The notes beneath the pieces were generated by a model that saw only the letters and a list, made by a program, of their open reading frames with translations, did not search any database and was not told the origin of the DNA. DNA of 63,286 nucleotides, the filler included, from Choristocarpus tenellus KU-1152 (taxonomy: Eukaryota; Protista; Phaeophyceae): assembly GCA_964200185.2 (NCBI GenBank). It is 11 parts of 11 records of this genome, joined end to end, with 100 filler letters (N's around TTAATTAATTAA, not from the genome) between each part and the next. Parts side by side here need not be neighbours in the genome. Positions count along the whole stretch, not along the records: positions 20,625 to 26,854 come from CAXNAD020008623.1; positions 26,955 to 33,700 come from CAXNAD020007444.1; positions 33,801 to 45,135 come from CAXNAD020002381.1; 8 more parts are not named here. One strand, written 5' to 3'. Made by a program: the position numbers and the translations under genes. Numbering within the stretch: position 1 is the stretch's first letter; each line of letters opens with the position of its first letter. Below, piece after piece: positions 25,801 to 37,189 of this stretch.

Positions 25801-26780
25801 CTCAGCGCTACCTTACCTCATCCCCAGTACCCTGGAATACTTCCTACACAATGGCTTGGAGTGAAAGATTCAACACCTTGTCCCTACCCTTCATTATAAG
25901 CACTTCTATTGCAACAAGTATGCAGTGTCCACTCTAGTACCACAAATATCATCACCGCTCCTCAAGGCAAGCTAGAAAGTGCCCACAATGACGAGGAACA
26001 TGAACCATGGCCCATACACAAGATGTTCATTTCCATCCTTGCCCTTTAGCTCACCTCTAATCCAGCATCCAAGGCCAATCACACACTCCAACCAACCCCG
26101 GACAGAACAAACCAAACCCTGGGAGGCGAACAAACACATCCCACTGAGTCAATCAGATATACAGGCAAAACACACACACACACTTGATCACATTTCTTTT
26201 TATAGCCACATCTCCTAACCCATCCCTCGCTCTCAGCACTACTCACCTCTGAGATGAGTGTGGCGCTGCACTCATGGCAGAGGAGGTAGATCCCTGACCC
26301 ACACCACCGATATCTCCTCCTTGGCGGCTGTTCGAGGCGGTAACTCTATCGCCAAAGCCCCTAACTGTGTTGAATCCTCTAGTGTCCGCCTTACGGACGA
26401 ATGCCGATTGCGGAACATGTTGAGAGGATGACAATGTACTAGGCACCGAAGACAAGCTTGACGACACAGCTAGATCAGAACGTCCACTATCCCCCCCACT
26501 TCCACGCCGCAACAATCCCCTGGATGCATGACTGTGTCCAGAATTCACTCCACACGGATTGTCCATTCCTGAGTATTTCTCCCTACCCGAGGTCACCCTC
26601 CTTCCAACTGGTGGCACTGCAGTCATTGACGACCCAACTCCCTCCTCTGGTGGATGCCCTTCCTCTTCCTCTGTGAGCTCCATGATCCTCGAGAGCTCAT
26701 CACCAGGAAAATTAGGGCACTGCAATCCTACTGTACCCTCCCTTTTGACTCCCAGCCCCATCCCTTCCTCCAGTCTTCCT
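22821..26780 (-). CDS. Last two exons (about 26780-26247 and 23298-22821) of a Ser/Gly-rich low-complexity protein
   Basis: Long GC-richer ORFs; AG|gtgagt donor and tgtccag|G acceptor join in phase (SQ-R-FSYEAS); stop at 22821. No domain recognised. Confidence 0.55.
24083..24260 (-). mobile_element. Diverged MITE family 2 copy
   Basis: GGCTCAATGTATGTGGGGG ... CCCCAAATACTTCAAGCC with the same internal blocks. Confidence 0.7.
24461..24721 (+). mobile_element. Diverged MITE family 1 copy
   Basis: Collinear with 28806-29064; right TIR eroded. Confidence 0.75.
24800..25750 (+). mobile_element. Highly degenerate Ty3/gypsy-like pol relic (intronic)
   Basis: Only weak motif echoes (IGLYHTCFIHNAEMVDL resembles GLxGYYRRFIxNxA; KAAFT); many stops. 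Confidence 0.3.
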
Positions 26781-26783
26781 CTG

Positions 26784-26814
<31 letters not shown>

Positions 26815-26854
26815 CCTGGTCTACGTTCCCCCCCCGGGGAAACCCCCGCCCTGG

Positions 26855-26954
26855 NNNNNNNNNNNNNNNNNNNNNNNNNNNNNNNNNNNNNNNNNNNNTT
26901 AATTAATTAANNNNNNNNNNNNNNNNNNNNNNNNNNNNNNNNNNNNNNNNNNNN
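26855..26954. other. Artificial contig-joining spacer
   Basis: N44-TTAATTAATTAA-N44. Confidence 0.97.
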
Positions 26955-27915
26955 GGTGACAGATTTCTTCGAGGGAGGGTGCAACAAGGGGTCTCTCCAC
27001 CTAGAGACCCACCAACGAGTACAGGCACAGATGCCTACCAGTCCGGGGGGTCTGGGCCTCTCCTCTATGAAACACCACCAACATGCGGCTTTTGTAGGAT
27101 CACTGGTGACTACTCTCCCCACCTTCCTAGCAAAGCAGCAAGGGCCTCATGGTGAGTCCTTCTCACAAGCTGTATTTACAAGCCCTACAATACAGGCCTA
27201 AGGATTGTCCATACACACCCTCCTTTCGAAAGGTGTCCCCTCAGAAGACCTTGCTGAAATCATTGGCCAAGACTGGGTAACCTGGGGGGGAACAGCACCC
27301 CCTGCACCTGCCCCAGAAGTCCGCATCCTAGCAGCTCATGACGCCAGGATCACAAGGAGGGCTCAACACGAAATCACACGCCTCCTCAACAAGATCGGTT
27401 TTGACTCCTTCAGGACACAACCACAACTGGCCGGCCTTCCAAATGAGGCACACCAAGGGAGGGAAAGCTCTTCACTAGCCCTAGCACGCCCACCGGAGCC
27501 AGTGTGGACAAGGGGCAAACGCCTGGGCCTCGACTCAACCTCTGGAACCAGCATGCCGATTCCCTCTCTAGAATTCAAGCTCACAGTCAGCAGATCCCTA
27601 GGGAGGGAGGAGGCCCTATCAAACAGGTGCCCAGTGGCAGGGGGTAGGAGGCAAAATGTCGATACCAGACATGCCCGCACCTGCCCCGGGGCAGGGGGAC
27701 AGGTACAACAGCACACTCCAATGGTTAAAAGCCATCACCAACTATGCAAGGGGATGAGCATCCCTTGCACTACAGAGGACGGTAGCCATTTCACAGTGGA
27801 CAGGAATCTCCGCATGGACCTGGTATTCCACGCAGGAGCACTAGCGGACGCCAGAACAGCTCCCTACAGGGACAAAGGTCTTCTGGTAGACGTCACCTTT
27901 GCAGAGGTACAGGCA
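26955..27915 (+). mobile_element. CRE/SLACS-like non-LTR retrotransposon fragment (post-RT region, CCHC knuckle, restriction-like endonuclease), disrupted
   Basis: QMPTSPGGLGLSS..HAAFVGS; EFKLTVSRSLG..CP..VDTRHARTCP; E..RMDLVF..LLVDVTFA (REL PD..D-type motif). Stop at 27199-27201. Confidence 0.8.
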
Positions 27916-27929
27916 ATATATCTGTCACC

Positions 27930-28105
27930 TTGTACTCGTATGTCTTGTCTACCATTGGTCACCTCACTCGTTTTGTTGTTTTGTGCCTTGTTCCAAACAA
28001 AGAGACTGCAGCAATTGCACGTACGTTGGTAGAACGTGGATTTTCAATTTTCGCCCCACCCGAGTTGATACGCTCCGATCATGGTACCGAATTTGAAAAC
28101 AGTAT
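27930..28105 (+). mobile_element. Ty3/gypsy integrase core (rve) fragment
   Basis: YVLSTIGHLTRFVVL..VPNKETAAIARTLVERGFSIFAPPELIRSDHGTEFEN. Confidence 0.85.
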
Positions 28106-28805
28106 CATTGTGGAGTGGGTCGTCCTGGGCTAGAACGGTGCTTACAAAAGTTATGTTACATTTAATTCCGAATGGAGGAAGTACTTGCAGATCCCTTTGG
28201 AAACATCTCCATCAGATCATCTCAAGCTTTTTTAAGGTGTTAAAAGATGGAGGGTGTGGCTGCAACTGCACTTACGGTAATATCTGAGAGGGTATGTGTA
28301 TGTTACACAGGGGAGGTATGATCTACTACAACATTTGCAGCTAGCTTGAACCCTTTCTTTGATAAATTGGCAACTTTGACCAAACTTTCCCCCATCTTTT
28401 GGGCAAACAATGAGGGTTCGACTGACCATAATATGTTGTCGGTGGGGATGCATATCTTTCTCTTGCCTAAGGTCTGTACCAGTGTAGTGATGATAGGTTC
28501 CACATCAACATCAGTAGCCATTCCTCAAAGGGCCTGAGAACAAACCGGAATAAGAGTTCTGTGCCGGGTAAGATCTATCGTTTTTACTGTATGCACAGAT
28601 GTGGTGAACTCAGATGTGATCATTAAAATTGAAATATGAGATGATGTATTGTTCTTTATTGGATTTTCAGTCTGACAAAAAATTGTAGTGGGGGAAGAGA
28701 TGGGATTCATAGGATTTTGTTAGTTGCTGGAGTACATATATCACTATCTTTAAATGTAATTTCCTTTTTATCCCAATCTAGCATTGCCTCAAAAGCTGAC
28801 ATGAT

Positions 28806-29064
28806 GAGTGAAAGTATCTTAGAGGGTACGAGTTTTGCCCTGTTTGTCCATTTGGGGCTTGACATCCCACGAGTTTTTAATGACATACTACCTCCTCCAA
28901 AAGGTTTCCGAGTAGGTAAAATGTATACGCTATGAAAAGATGTGTCCGGAACAAGGATATTGACATCTCCTAACAATCACAATAGCCAAAATTACATCAA
29001 AATCGCAACATTGGATTTTGGCCCCCAAATGGACGCGGCTCTACCCTCTAAGATACTTTGACTC
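28806..29064 (+). mobile_element. 259-bp MITE (family 1), Sola2-like termini
   Basis: 23-bp TIRs GAGTGAAAGTATCTTAGAGGGTA / TACCCTCTAAGATACTTTGACTC (1 mismatch); 4-bp TSD TGAT. Confidence 0.9.
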
Positions 29065-29150
29065 TGATGCTATCTAGTAGAACTTTATCCACTCCCAAGT
29101 TGGGTATGACTACTGCTAGGACAGGCACAGATAAGTCTCCAAGTTGGAGT

Positions 29151-29251
29151 GTAAATTGAATGAAACCATCAACAAAGATCTACCGCTTTGTATTTAAAGG
29201 TGCCTTGCAGAGTGTGGGGTGGGCCTTTGTTCATGGTTTCATTCAATTTAC
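29151..29251. repeat. 27-bp inverted repeat (26/27 match) with 47-nt spacer
   Basis: GTAAATTGAATGAAACCATCAACAAAG ... CTTTGTTCATGGTTTCATTCAATTTAC. Confidence 0.9.
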
Positions 29252-30625
29252 TCTGATATGTGATGAAGTCTGAGGTCCCAAGTTTGGGCCTTGCATGAGG
29301 ATCACTGTTATGGGACCTGGTTCTGTGTGATGGGGAGTGATGAGAACCACCCGAGATGAGGTTCAGAAAGGAAGTGATAGATGGAAATGAAGCATGCTGG
29401 GCTTACATTGACAGTCTCAGAGTTGTGTGTTGATTAACCTCCGTTGTGATTGGTTGCGACCAGTCAGAATAGGAAACATATATCTCCGACTATGCTGATT
29501 GGAATTCACCGTTCATGTCGGGGTTGCATCTGACCCAAACCACACCACCTCCATTGGCCTTACTAGCAAATGTTGGCGCACCCAAATGCATATGAATGAA
29601 CGCATTACCGATATCTGTAACAGGAAATCCCAAAAAAGACCTGTCCTTGACAATATATATCATTATATTTAGTTGTTTCACTAGTACTATAGGACACAAG
29701 CTAGAAGTAGAGTGAAAGATAAATATTGAGGTATGGCCATGATGTGACCAGCACAAAAACAAAAAAATATTACCAGGTGGGCATAGATGAACTGTTCTAT
29801 CATGACTGTCACTTCTCAGTATGACTAGGTCGACAAGCCATGTACAATCAATTTCGAACGTGACTGAGCCCATGGCCGTCGACTACTTCAATGTGGCTGT
29901 GCCCCAGGACATTCCATGTCCATAAAGCTTACAATGTATATTCACCAGATAACTGCTGGCCCAGAAAAAACCCTGTAAAATACAATTAATGTTGTATACT
30001 GCATCATTTTCAGGTTCGAATAGAAAAGATTCCTCTGTCACAAATCGTTGAAATTGTGTTACCTAATCTTTAGTTTTAGAGTTACATCACTGTCAATACT
30101 TACTATGGTTGAGAAAGATCAACTCACTGGAGAGGTTGTACATGGACACAAACAAGTTAAGAACAAAGAGAAAGGTTTGTGGTTGTACCTGCCCTAGGCC
30201 ATTTGTCATTATGAATATGTGATGCTTGAACACCGAGTAGTATCTCATTCTGCAAATTTCTCCTGTAACATTCTCCTTGACTTGGAGTTGATCGGTGGGG
30301 GATAGCAACATAAGAGGAAGGTCATAAGCGCAAGATAAAATCTCAGGATGGAATGGTGTGTTTCAAGTTTATGTAGAGTCAGTTCTTTTTACCCCACTGT
30401 TCTACAGAAGACCTGTTGAGCGTATGTTCACAAAAAAAAGTTCTGTAACACAGAAGATAAATCAAAGCAACAAATCATACAAGCTAGCCTCAACACCTCC
30501 ATGGTGTCTTGTAGTCGGCCTCTATGCATACCAAGAGTTTTGCAGTCAATACACAGTGCAGCTGGAAAATCAAATTACTCTAATGGATAAATCAGTCAAC
30601 CCGTAAGAAGCTGTTAGACAAGATA

Positions 30626-32348
30626 TCATTGAACTGTTTCTGGCCAAACCACCCCGCATCCCTGTAGGCGCCTAAAGTCAACCACAACCCGGACATGCTC
30701 ACTAGCTTCACTCCACACCACCGAGAACCCACTTGGGCCATTTACATAAACAAGGCAGTCAACTGACACCCACTCTGGTTGCCAAACACCTGGAACACGG
30801 TTGATCTGACCGCGGCCTTTGTACCAAAACTTTATATTGGGAAGGCGTGTGGATAGTTCTCCAATCAAGGCTCCCCCTGACAGGAAAGACACCACAGGTC
30901 TGGCATCATTCTCTAGCTCTACAACTGGGTCATACTGATCATCGAGGTTGATGACAAATGACAATTTGCCTGCAGGCACATTGGAGTCACCAATAATCTT
31001 GTTTCCAGAGAGCTGTCGGTATGGGTGACAGGTGCTGTTATTACTGTTGCTCTTGCAGTAACAATCACCAGTTTTGGTAATGCATCCACTTGATGTGCTG
31101 ACTGTATTCGAGGTATCCCCATTGCCAGTCCCCTCCTCCTGAATACAGGGGTCGACCATCACGTGAAGTATCTCGAGGCCATGACTACCGTATGGGGCGG
31201 ACCACAGACCGCTGAGATCAGACACAGATTTCAGCGGGGCGACTGGAGGGAGTTGTGGTTCAAGTGCAACATAACGTCGCTTACAGCCATTCCGTACCAA
31301 GTAGAAGCCATCACCAGATTTCTCTATCATCTTGGATTCCAGGCTCCCAACTGCATTGTAATTGCTTGCGAAGTCCGAGAATGGAACCATGCTACCAGCC
31401 CCCAAGGGGTTCGCCACTCCGCCACCTTCATGCGAGGTGAAATCGATAAGTACCCCAGCACCTCTTCCCGCTGAAGGTGACACGCTCAGAGAGAATACCC
31501 TGAATTTGCAAACCGCGAGGTATTGACGGAAAGAATTTCGAGTAAGTTCAGGTATTCTAGGGGGAACTGATATTTATGGGCTGCAACAAAGTTATGGGCT
31601 GTAACATTTGCAAGGACCTAACCTCAAACCGTGCAGACAAAAGTCAGTCTACCCTGCCGATAAAACTGAATATATCATGACTTTCACTTGACAAAGACTC
31701 GTGGTTGACGGCGGGATCATTGTCTCACCCGTGTGTGGCTCCATCAGGCTCGATGCTCTCACAATAGAATCCGCCCTTGACGAGGAGGATACGGAGCAGC
31801 TCACCACGCGTATTCACCCAGGGACTTCCAGTATCATCATAGTGCTGCGTTGTAGTTCTGCAGGCATTTTCGTATAAAGAATCGAAACCTGCCATGGGAC
31901 GCTCCATGCTCAGGGAGCACTTCACATCAGCCCGCCAATACCCAACCATCTCCCCTGGGATCCCAATGCGGAGGAAGGTCTCCACAAGCTGCCGGTAACT
32001 GCAGAGCTGCAAGGCAGCCATAGCTGTCGAACCCCGTTCCATGCTGATGATATCTGCAGCACGGAGTTTCCATAGAGACTCGGCTGATGCCAAGTCTTTG
32101 AATCGAGAAGACACCTCTTGCATCCCGCAGAGTTCAACAGGGGTGGAGTACGATAAAATCACACCCAACAACTCGTCCGAGAGTACAGCATCTCCCTCTG
32201 TTGGTCCCCGTCTATGCTTTAACGAAGAGTTCCATCGCCTTGTTCCGCAGGTGCCAAAATTAGCGATCCGCTTCCTAGGAGGGGGGACCTCCTTGACAAA
32301 ACCAGGAACCTCATTCGTACAACAACCTTTATTTGAATTCATGAGCAT
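30626..32348 (-). CDS. F-box protein with C-terminal cyclin-D1-binding (FBXO31/DUF3506-like) domain; exons 32348-31729 and 31499-30626, about 497 aa
   Basis: F-box LSDELLGVILSY..ELCGMQEVSSRFKDLASAESLWK; C-terminal GLWSAPYGSHGLEILHV..GNKIIGDSNVPAGKLSF..YKGRGQI; phase-2 GT-AG intron joins in frame. Confidence 0.85.
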
Positions 32349-33597
32349 TGCTTGAAATTTGACTTTGGGTTTGTGACAGGATGCTTACTGTTCAACACTG
32401 CTGTAATCACTTGTCAGACTAAGTCTGTTGCCAGCGGTGGGGCGAATGTCTTAGTATCATGATTACGAGGGAGCAGGTCAGGACAAAGACAATAATAACC
32501 TGACGAGGCAATGACCGCAAATTGATTTATTCTGTTGAAGAGTGGAAAAATGATGATGTTGCTTGTGAGGGAAATTGTCAAAACTGACGAGCCCAGTGCG
32601 TCATAAATGACTTCATTCAATAATAGTCAAATAAAAGTTAAACAACAAACGGACTGTCTTGAATTTCTTGAAGAGGAAAAATATAGATTTAAGATTTCGG
32701 TAATTCTAATTCCTTGGTCGTTATACGTAAGTATGATGGTATCTATATAAAAATACAGAAAAAATATTGTGCGTATTAGTTCAAGGTTTGATTTCAAAAC
32801 AACGTCTGGAAAATGTCAGGAGACAACAAATTCTATGAGTGTTTTTTGGAGGGTATGTATGGTAAGGTGTAGTAGGAGTTTGTACGATTAGTCAGTGATG
32901 AGCAAAGACAGTGAGTCAGTGTCAACGTTAGATAGTGGTGTAGTAAAGTATGATTCCACAATTAGTCAGTAGTTTGTAAGAGAGGTATTTAATAGAACTT
33001 CTCACCAAAGTTTATAAAAAATATATGTCAGGAAAAGGTGCCCCCTTTTTGAGATGTTCTGACAAAGATGAGGAAATGCGCGCGGTCATGCACATTCGCG
33101 CGCCACCTTTTATCATTAAGGCTGATGAAGGTGAATTAGTGTGGGTTAGATGCACGATTGGCTCGCGGTAACCCCGACGTGAACGCTGAATTCATCCCTG
33201 TTCTAACTAAACGCAACCAATCACACTGGAGATTGATTCGCATGTCACATTGAGCCTATCAACATACATGCAAGGGTCAGTCTCATTTCTTACTTTCCTT
33301 CTCAGTACAAACCCACTATCTATATGTACCACATGTTGGACAGAACTTGAAAACACTTCACATTACCATCGTCCTTAACTTCCCATCTACCTATTCCTGT
33401 GCCTCTACTATAAAATATTATAAACCGTACGCACACAAGGTTTTTGTTTTTGCAATCCACACATTTCTGTACGACTACAACCACCAACATTATATTGTAC
33501 AAAGAACCCTAGAACTCGCTCTATGTAAAGATCTATATTAAAAAATTTGATAACTTATTACTAGTTGTGTTGTTTTTACTTCAGAATACGTTCTTAT

Positions 33598-33692
33598 GTT
33601 TAGGATATTTTATTTCTTTAGGGCTAATATATAGTTTTCATTGGTTTCCCCACTGACACATCTGCAAAATGTCAGAGGGCATAATAATAAAA
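33598..33692 (+). mobile_element. Retroposon 3' end, same family as 7625-7733
   Basis: Near-identical TTTAGGATATTTTATTTCTTTA..TGACACATCTGCAAAATGTCAGAGGGCATAATAATAA. Confidence 0.7.
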
Positions 33693-33700
33693 TACATTGC

Positions 33701-33800
33701 NNNNNNNNNNNNNNNNNNNNNNNNNNNNNNNNNNNNNNNNNNNNTTAATTAATTAANNNNNNNNNNNNNNNNNNNNNNNNNNNNNNNNNNNNNNNNNNNN
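33701..33800. other. Artificial contig-joining spacer
   Basis: N44-TTAATTAATTAA-N44. Confidence 0.97.
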
Positions 33801-34330
33801 ATCTGTATTCCTCCAAGATCGTGACGAGTATACCCCACTTGCCGGACCTTGCTGCTCGGCGGGCGTACTCCATAGTCCAACGTTTACCCTTCCTCCCGGT
33901 TACGCCCAAACGAAGCAGTGTCCGGACATCATTCGATCGTCCACCACATGTTGCCATGAGCTGCATCACTTCTCCTCTCTGTTCATCGCTCAATTGATCA
34001 AAGGAAGACATCTGGCGCGCGTCCAACACCAACGAACAAGCGGGTAAGATCGTTTCGTGTTGAGTTATTGTTGCTTGGCAATGGTCTGATCCCCCAAGGA
34101 AAGTAATTTTTACAGAGTCACAATATCCTCAGACTGACGAGGAAGATCGGAAAAAACATTCTTCCGTAGGTGTGGGGAGGCTCACTAAGGGGCGAAATGT
34201 TCGACTCCTCCACTGTCTGGATAGACATCGTAGCGAAGTCCGTCTACACTTGCCTGCCCAATCCAAAATATCCCTCACCTCAGTGATAGGCCACGGAGTC
34301 TTTCTTTTTCTATGATTCCCGAACGTGTAG
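33801..34330 (-). CDS. Possible 5' fragment of an F-box-like/ankyrin-like gene or pseudogene
   Basis: PITEVRDILDWAGKCRRTSLRCLSRQWR (weakly F-box-like) and YARRAARSGKWGILVTILE (weakly ankyrin-like), in separate ORFs. Confidence 0.25.
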
Positions 34331-37189
34331 GAACGGGGCGATAGTCCTGGACGGTCTCCAAAAGGCACCCTAAATTGGAACAGGTGTTACTTGTGTGGGA
34401 TGGGGTAGAAATGTGTTTGGGATATAAATAAAATCTACGTTTCACACTGCCTATTTATTCACTTCGTTCAATGATGTTCACAAAAAGCAGTAGTCAAAAT
34501 GTAACCGCTTTCACAACACAACGACACTCTTGTGTCATAATATACTGCTAAATGTTATCGAGGTCATAAGGTGTTATGTCCTATATTTTCCTGTATGTTT
34601 TTATATATGTTTTTTGTAGTGTGGACGGAAAGCAGGGTTGTTTGCTATAATAACATTTATTTCTGTATGCCATATACCGTCATACAGTTTAAGGTTCCTT
34701 CTCAAGAGATGATCCCAGTAGTGAAGAATCTCGATGAGATCGAGGCATGGAATCCTTAGAAGAGACCGATCCCACAGGTGGTGAGTATCTCTTCCATCAG
34801 AGACGCCAAACATCCAGGATCCTCTTCGACTCCACGTCTCTTCACACTCTCATCGTCCACTCTCTCATGACATCCTCTCCACTCTGCACTTGCATTTGTT
34901 CAACCCTATCCTCATCTTGTCTGCTACAGTTCGGTGATTCTCTCCACCACCCTTGCCTGAGTGAACCACTCCACTACAGAATCAAACTATTCACATGTGC
35001 CCACAAACCTTTTGTAGATCAGACTACAGATGTTGTCATGGAGGGAATAGAAGGAACACCAAGAAGAAAGCAATACAACACGACAACAGTAAGTAGTACT
35101 AGATAGGTAGTCCTTTGGATTCATCAACAAGACCAAGAATATTTTATGTAGCGTAACATTTGAAAACAATAAAAACCTAGTAGTACTACGAACCCTCAAT
35201 ATGGCAACTAACTGTACTTAGCTGAAGCTGCATGAAAGCTAGTGTCACTACTACCACTACTAGAAATAAGCAAAGAAGAAGAGTCTCAAGGGCCAGTCAA
35301 GCCCCAGTCTACCAAAAACAATATGTAGAACTCAACATCCAAACCTTACAATTCAAAACCAAAACAACACCGGTCCTTCAACTTCCACCCTTACCCACTC
35401 CAACGTAGTCTATCGACTTGTTTTGTGACGCCTTAAGAGATGACGTACCCAATTTCATGAGTGGGCCAACCACTTCTAGTCGTTTTGTTTTTCGTATCAA
35501 ACACACAAGAACAGAGAAGAATGAATAAATAAATACGAGTAGTCGAGTATGAATGTGTAGATCACACACAAATCGGGCAAGGGACACCCCTGGCATGGCT
35601 GCAACGTGTAGTTCATATATCAAGAGCAGAAGATATTTGGAGCAGCAGGAACTAATCCACAACGTCCAATAAATACACAAAAGATGTCAGTTTCACTTTT
35701 GTCATACTATTTACAACTAGATTCACAACTCTACTGTTGTTGTAGATAGAACTCAGAATCAATAAAAAATCATTATTTGTATCATTAAAATAGTACTGGA
35801 GTAGTCAATATCATGACAAACAAACGTGGTGCCTTTCAAGTGGGATTAAAATACTGCACGACAACAACAACAAAAAGTAGAGGTAAGACATAAAACAAAG
35901 CTGCAAACTCCTACTACGACTAACTACCATCCAATCCATTGCTTCCATCCTCACACAGTTGGTCTCCCATCACACTATTGGATTGTATGAAGTAGTGAGT
36001 AACCATCAAGCAAGAAGTACACAATTTCTTCGTGGTATGACCAGCAGGAGGATAATGAATATTTTGAAATTTCTACCGGTTCACCAATATTTTTGCATCT
36101 ACCTACTACCCATTTTCTACCTCCCTCATCCCTGGATCAATTCACACCCATTGGGCAGCGCTCAACATAAAACCGAGCAACGGCAGATAGATCACACAAC
36201 AGACAGGCAGAACCAGCTAGCTATATCAATCTCATATCCCCCATCTGTCCACCTGCTTGGATCTATCTGCACATTCACCATCAAGGGTGACATGGGAGAT
36301 CAGCAGACAAACACAGACGGTCAATGTGCATCCACATGCATCCACGTATCACACAGAGAGGGCAACACATACCCCGATATAAATAAGTGGTTTATCTTTT
36401 GATTACAACTACTGCCACAGGCAGTATGCTCGACTCACCCACCCATCTGTTGTTTCGAGTATATATTTTCAATGTTGATACATATTACTGCGATACACAA
36501 GGAATACACACACAACAATATTAACAGTACCACTCATATTCTTAACACAACAGAAACACCTCACCAATAAGGCGGATGTTCTTTTTCACACACTACTTCC
36601 TATTCTCCCTGCAAGATTTAAAGGGAGTCAAAGGAACCATTTTGTTCTTGTCAAATATTTCCCAATCCCACCCAAAACCCTAACCCTACCAACCATAGAC
36701 ATGTGTCAAGTCGGGGATTGCAAGAAGAGGAAGTCAAACACCGCCCACGTGATTGACAAAGAAAGGTCAGGCACGAATCATTGACCAACACAACACTCAG
36801 AGACACACTGCCATTGGCTGCACTCAAAGTGTGATGATGATATAAACTGGTAGTTATACGACATGTAGAGCAACACGGAAAAATAGAAACAGCTTCAGTG
36901 ACATCCTTACATTTTCGCCTGGATGCTTTCAGAAAACCTGCACGCCTTCTTGTCGCAGGTACACCAGGATGATCCAGACACTTACCAAAACGATTTGCTA
37001 GCATATCTGAATCCTACCTACTCTGTAGTACACTAGTGGTGGTACCAATTGCATCGACCACCTTGGACCAGCACGCAACCGGTTCGCTTCATGTCATACC
37101 CTTACTAGAATTCATCAACATTATCCATAACAGTAGTCAATGAGAGAGAGAGAGAGAGAGAGAGAGAGGTGAAAAAGGTGCAGGGTACC

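Larger units (their letters stand above)
28303..29920 (-). pseudogene. Spliced reading frame of unknown family with in-frame stops (exons about 29920-29774, 29614-29512, 29203-29184, 28533-28303)
   Basis: Phase-compatible GT/AG junctions give ..HLCPP-DIGNAFIHMHLGAPTF..CNPDMN-GTFKYKA-AL*GMATDVDVEPIITTLV..; TGA at 28527-28525. Confidence 0.35.
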
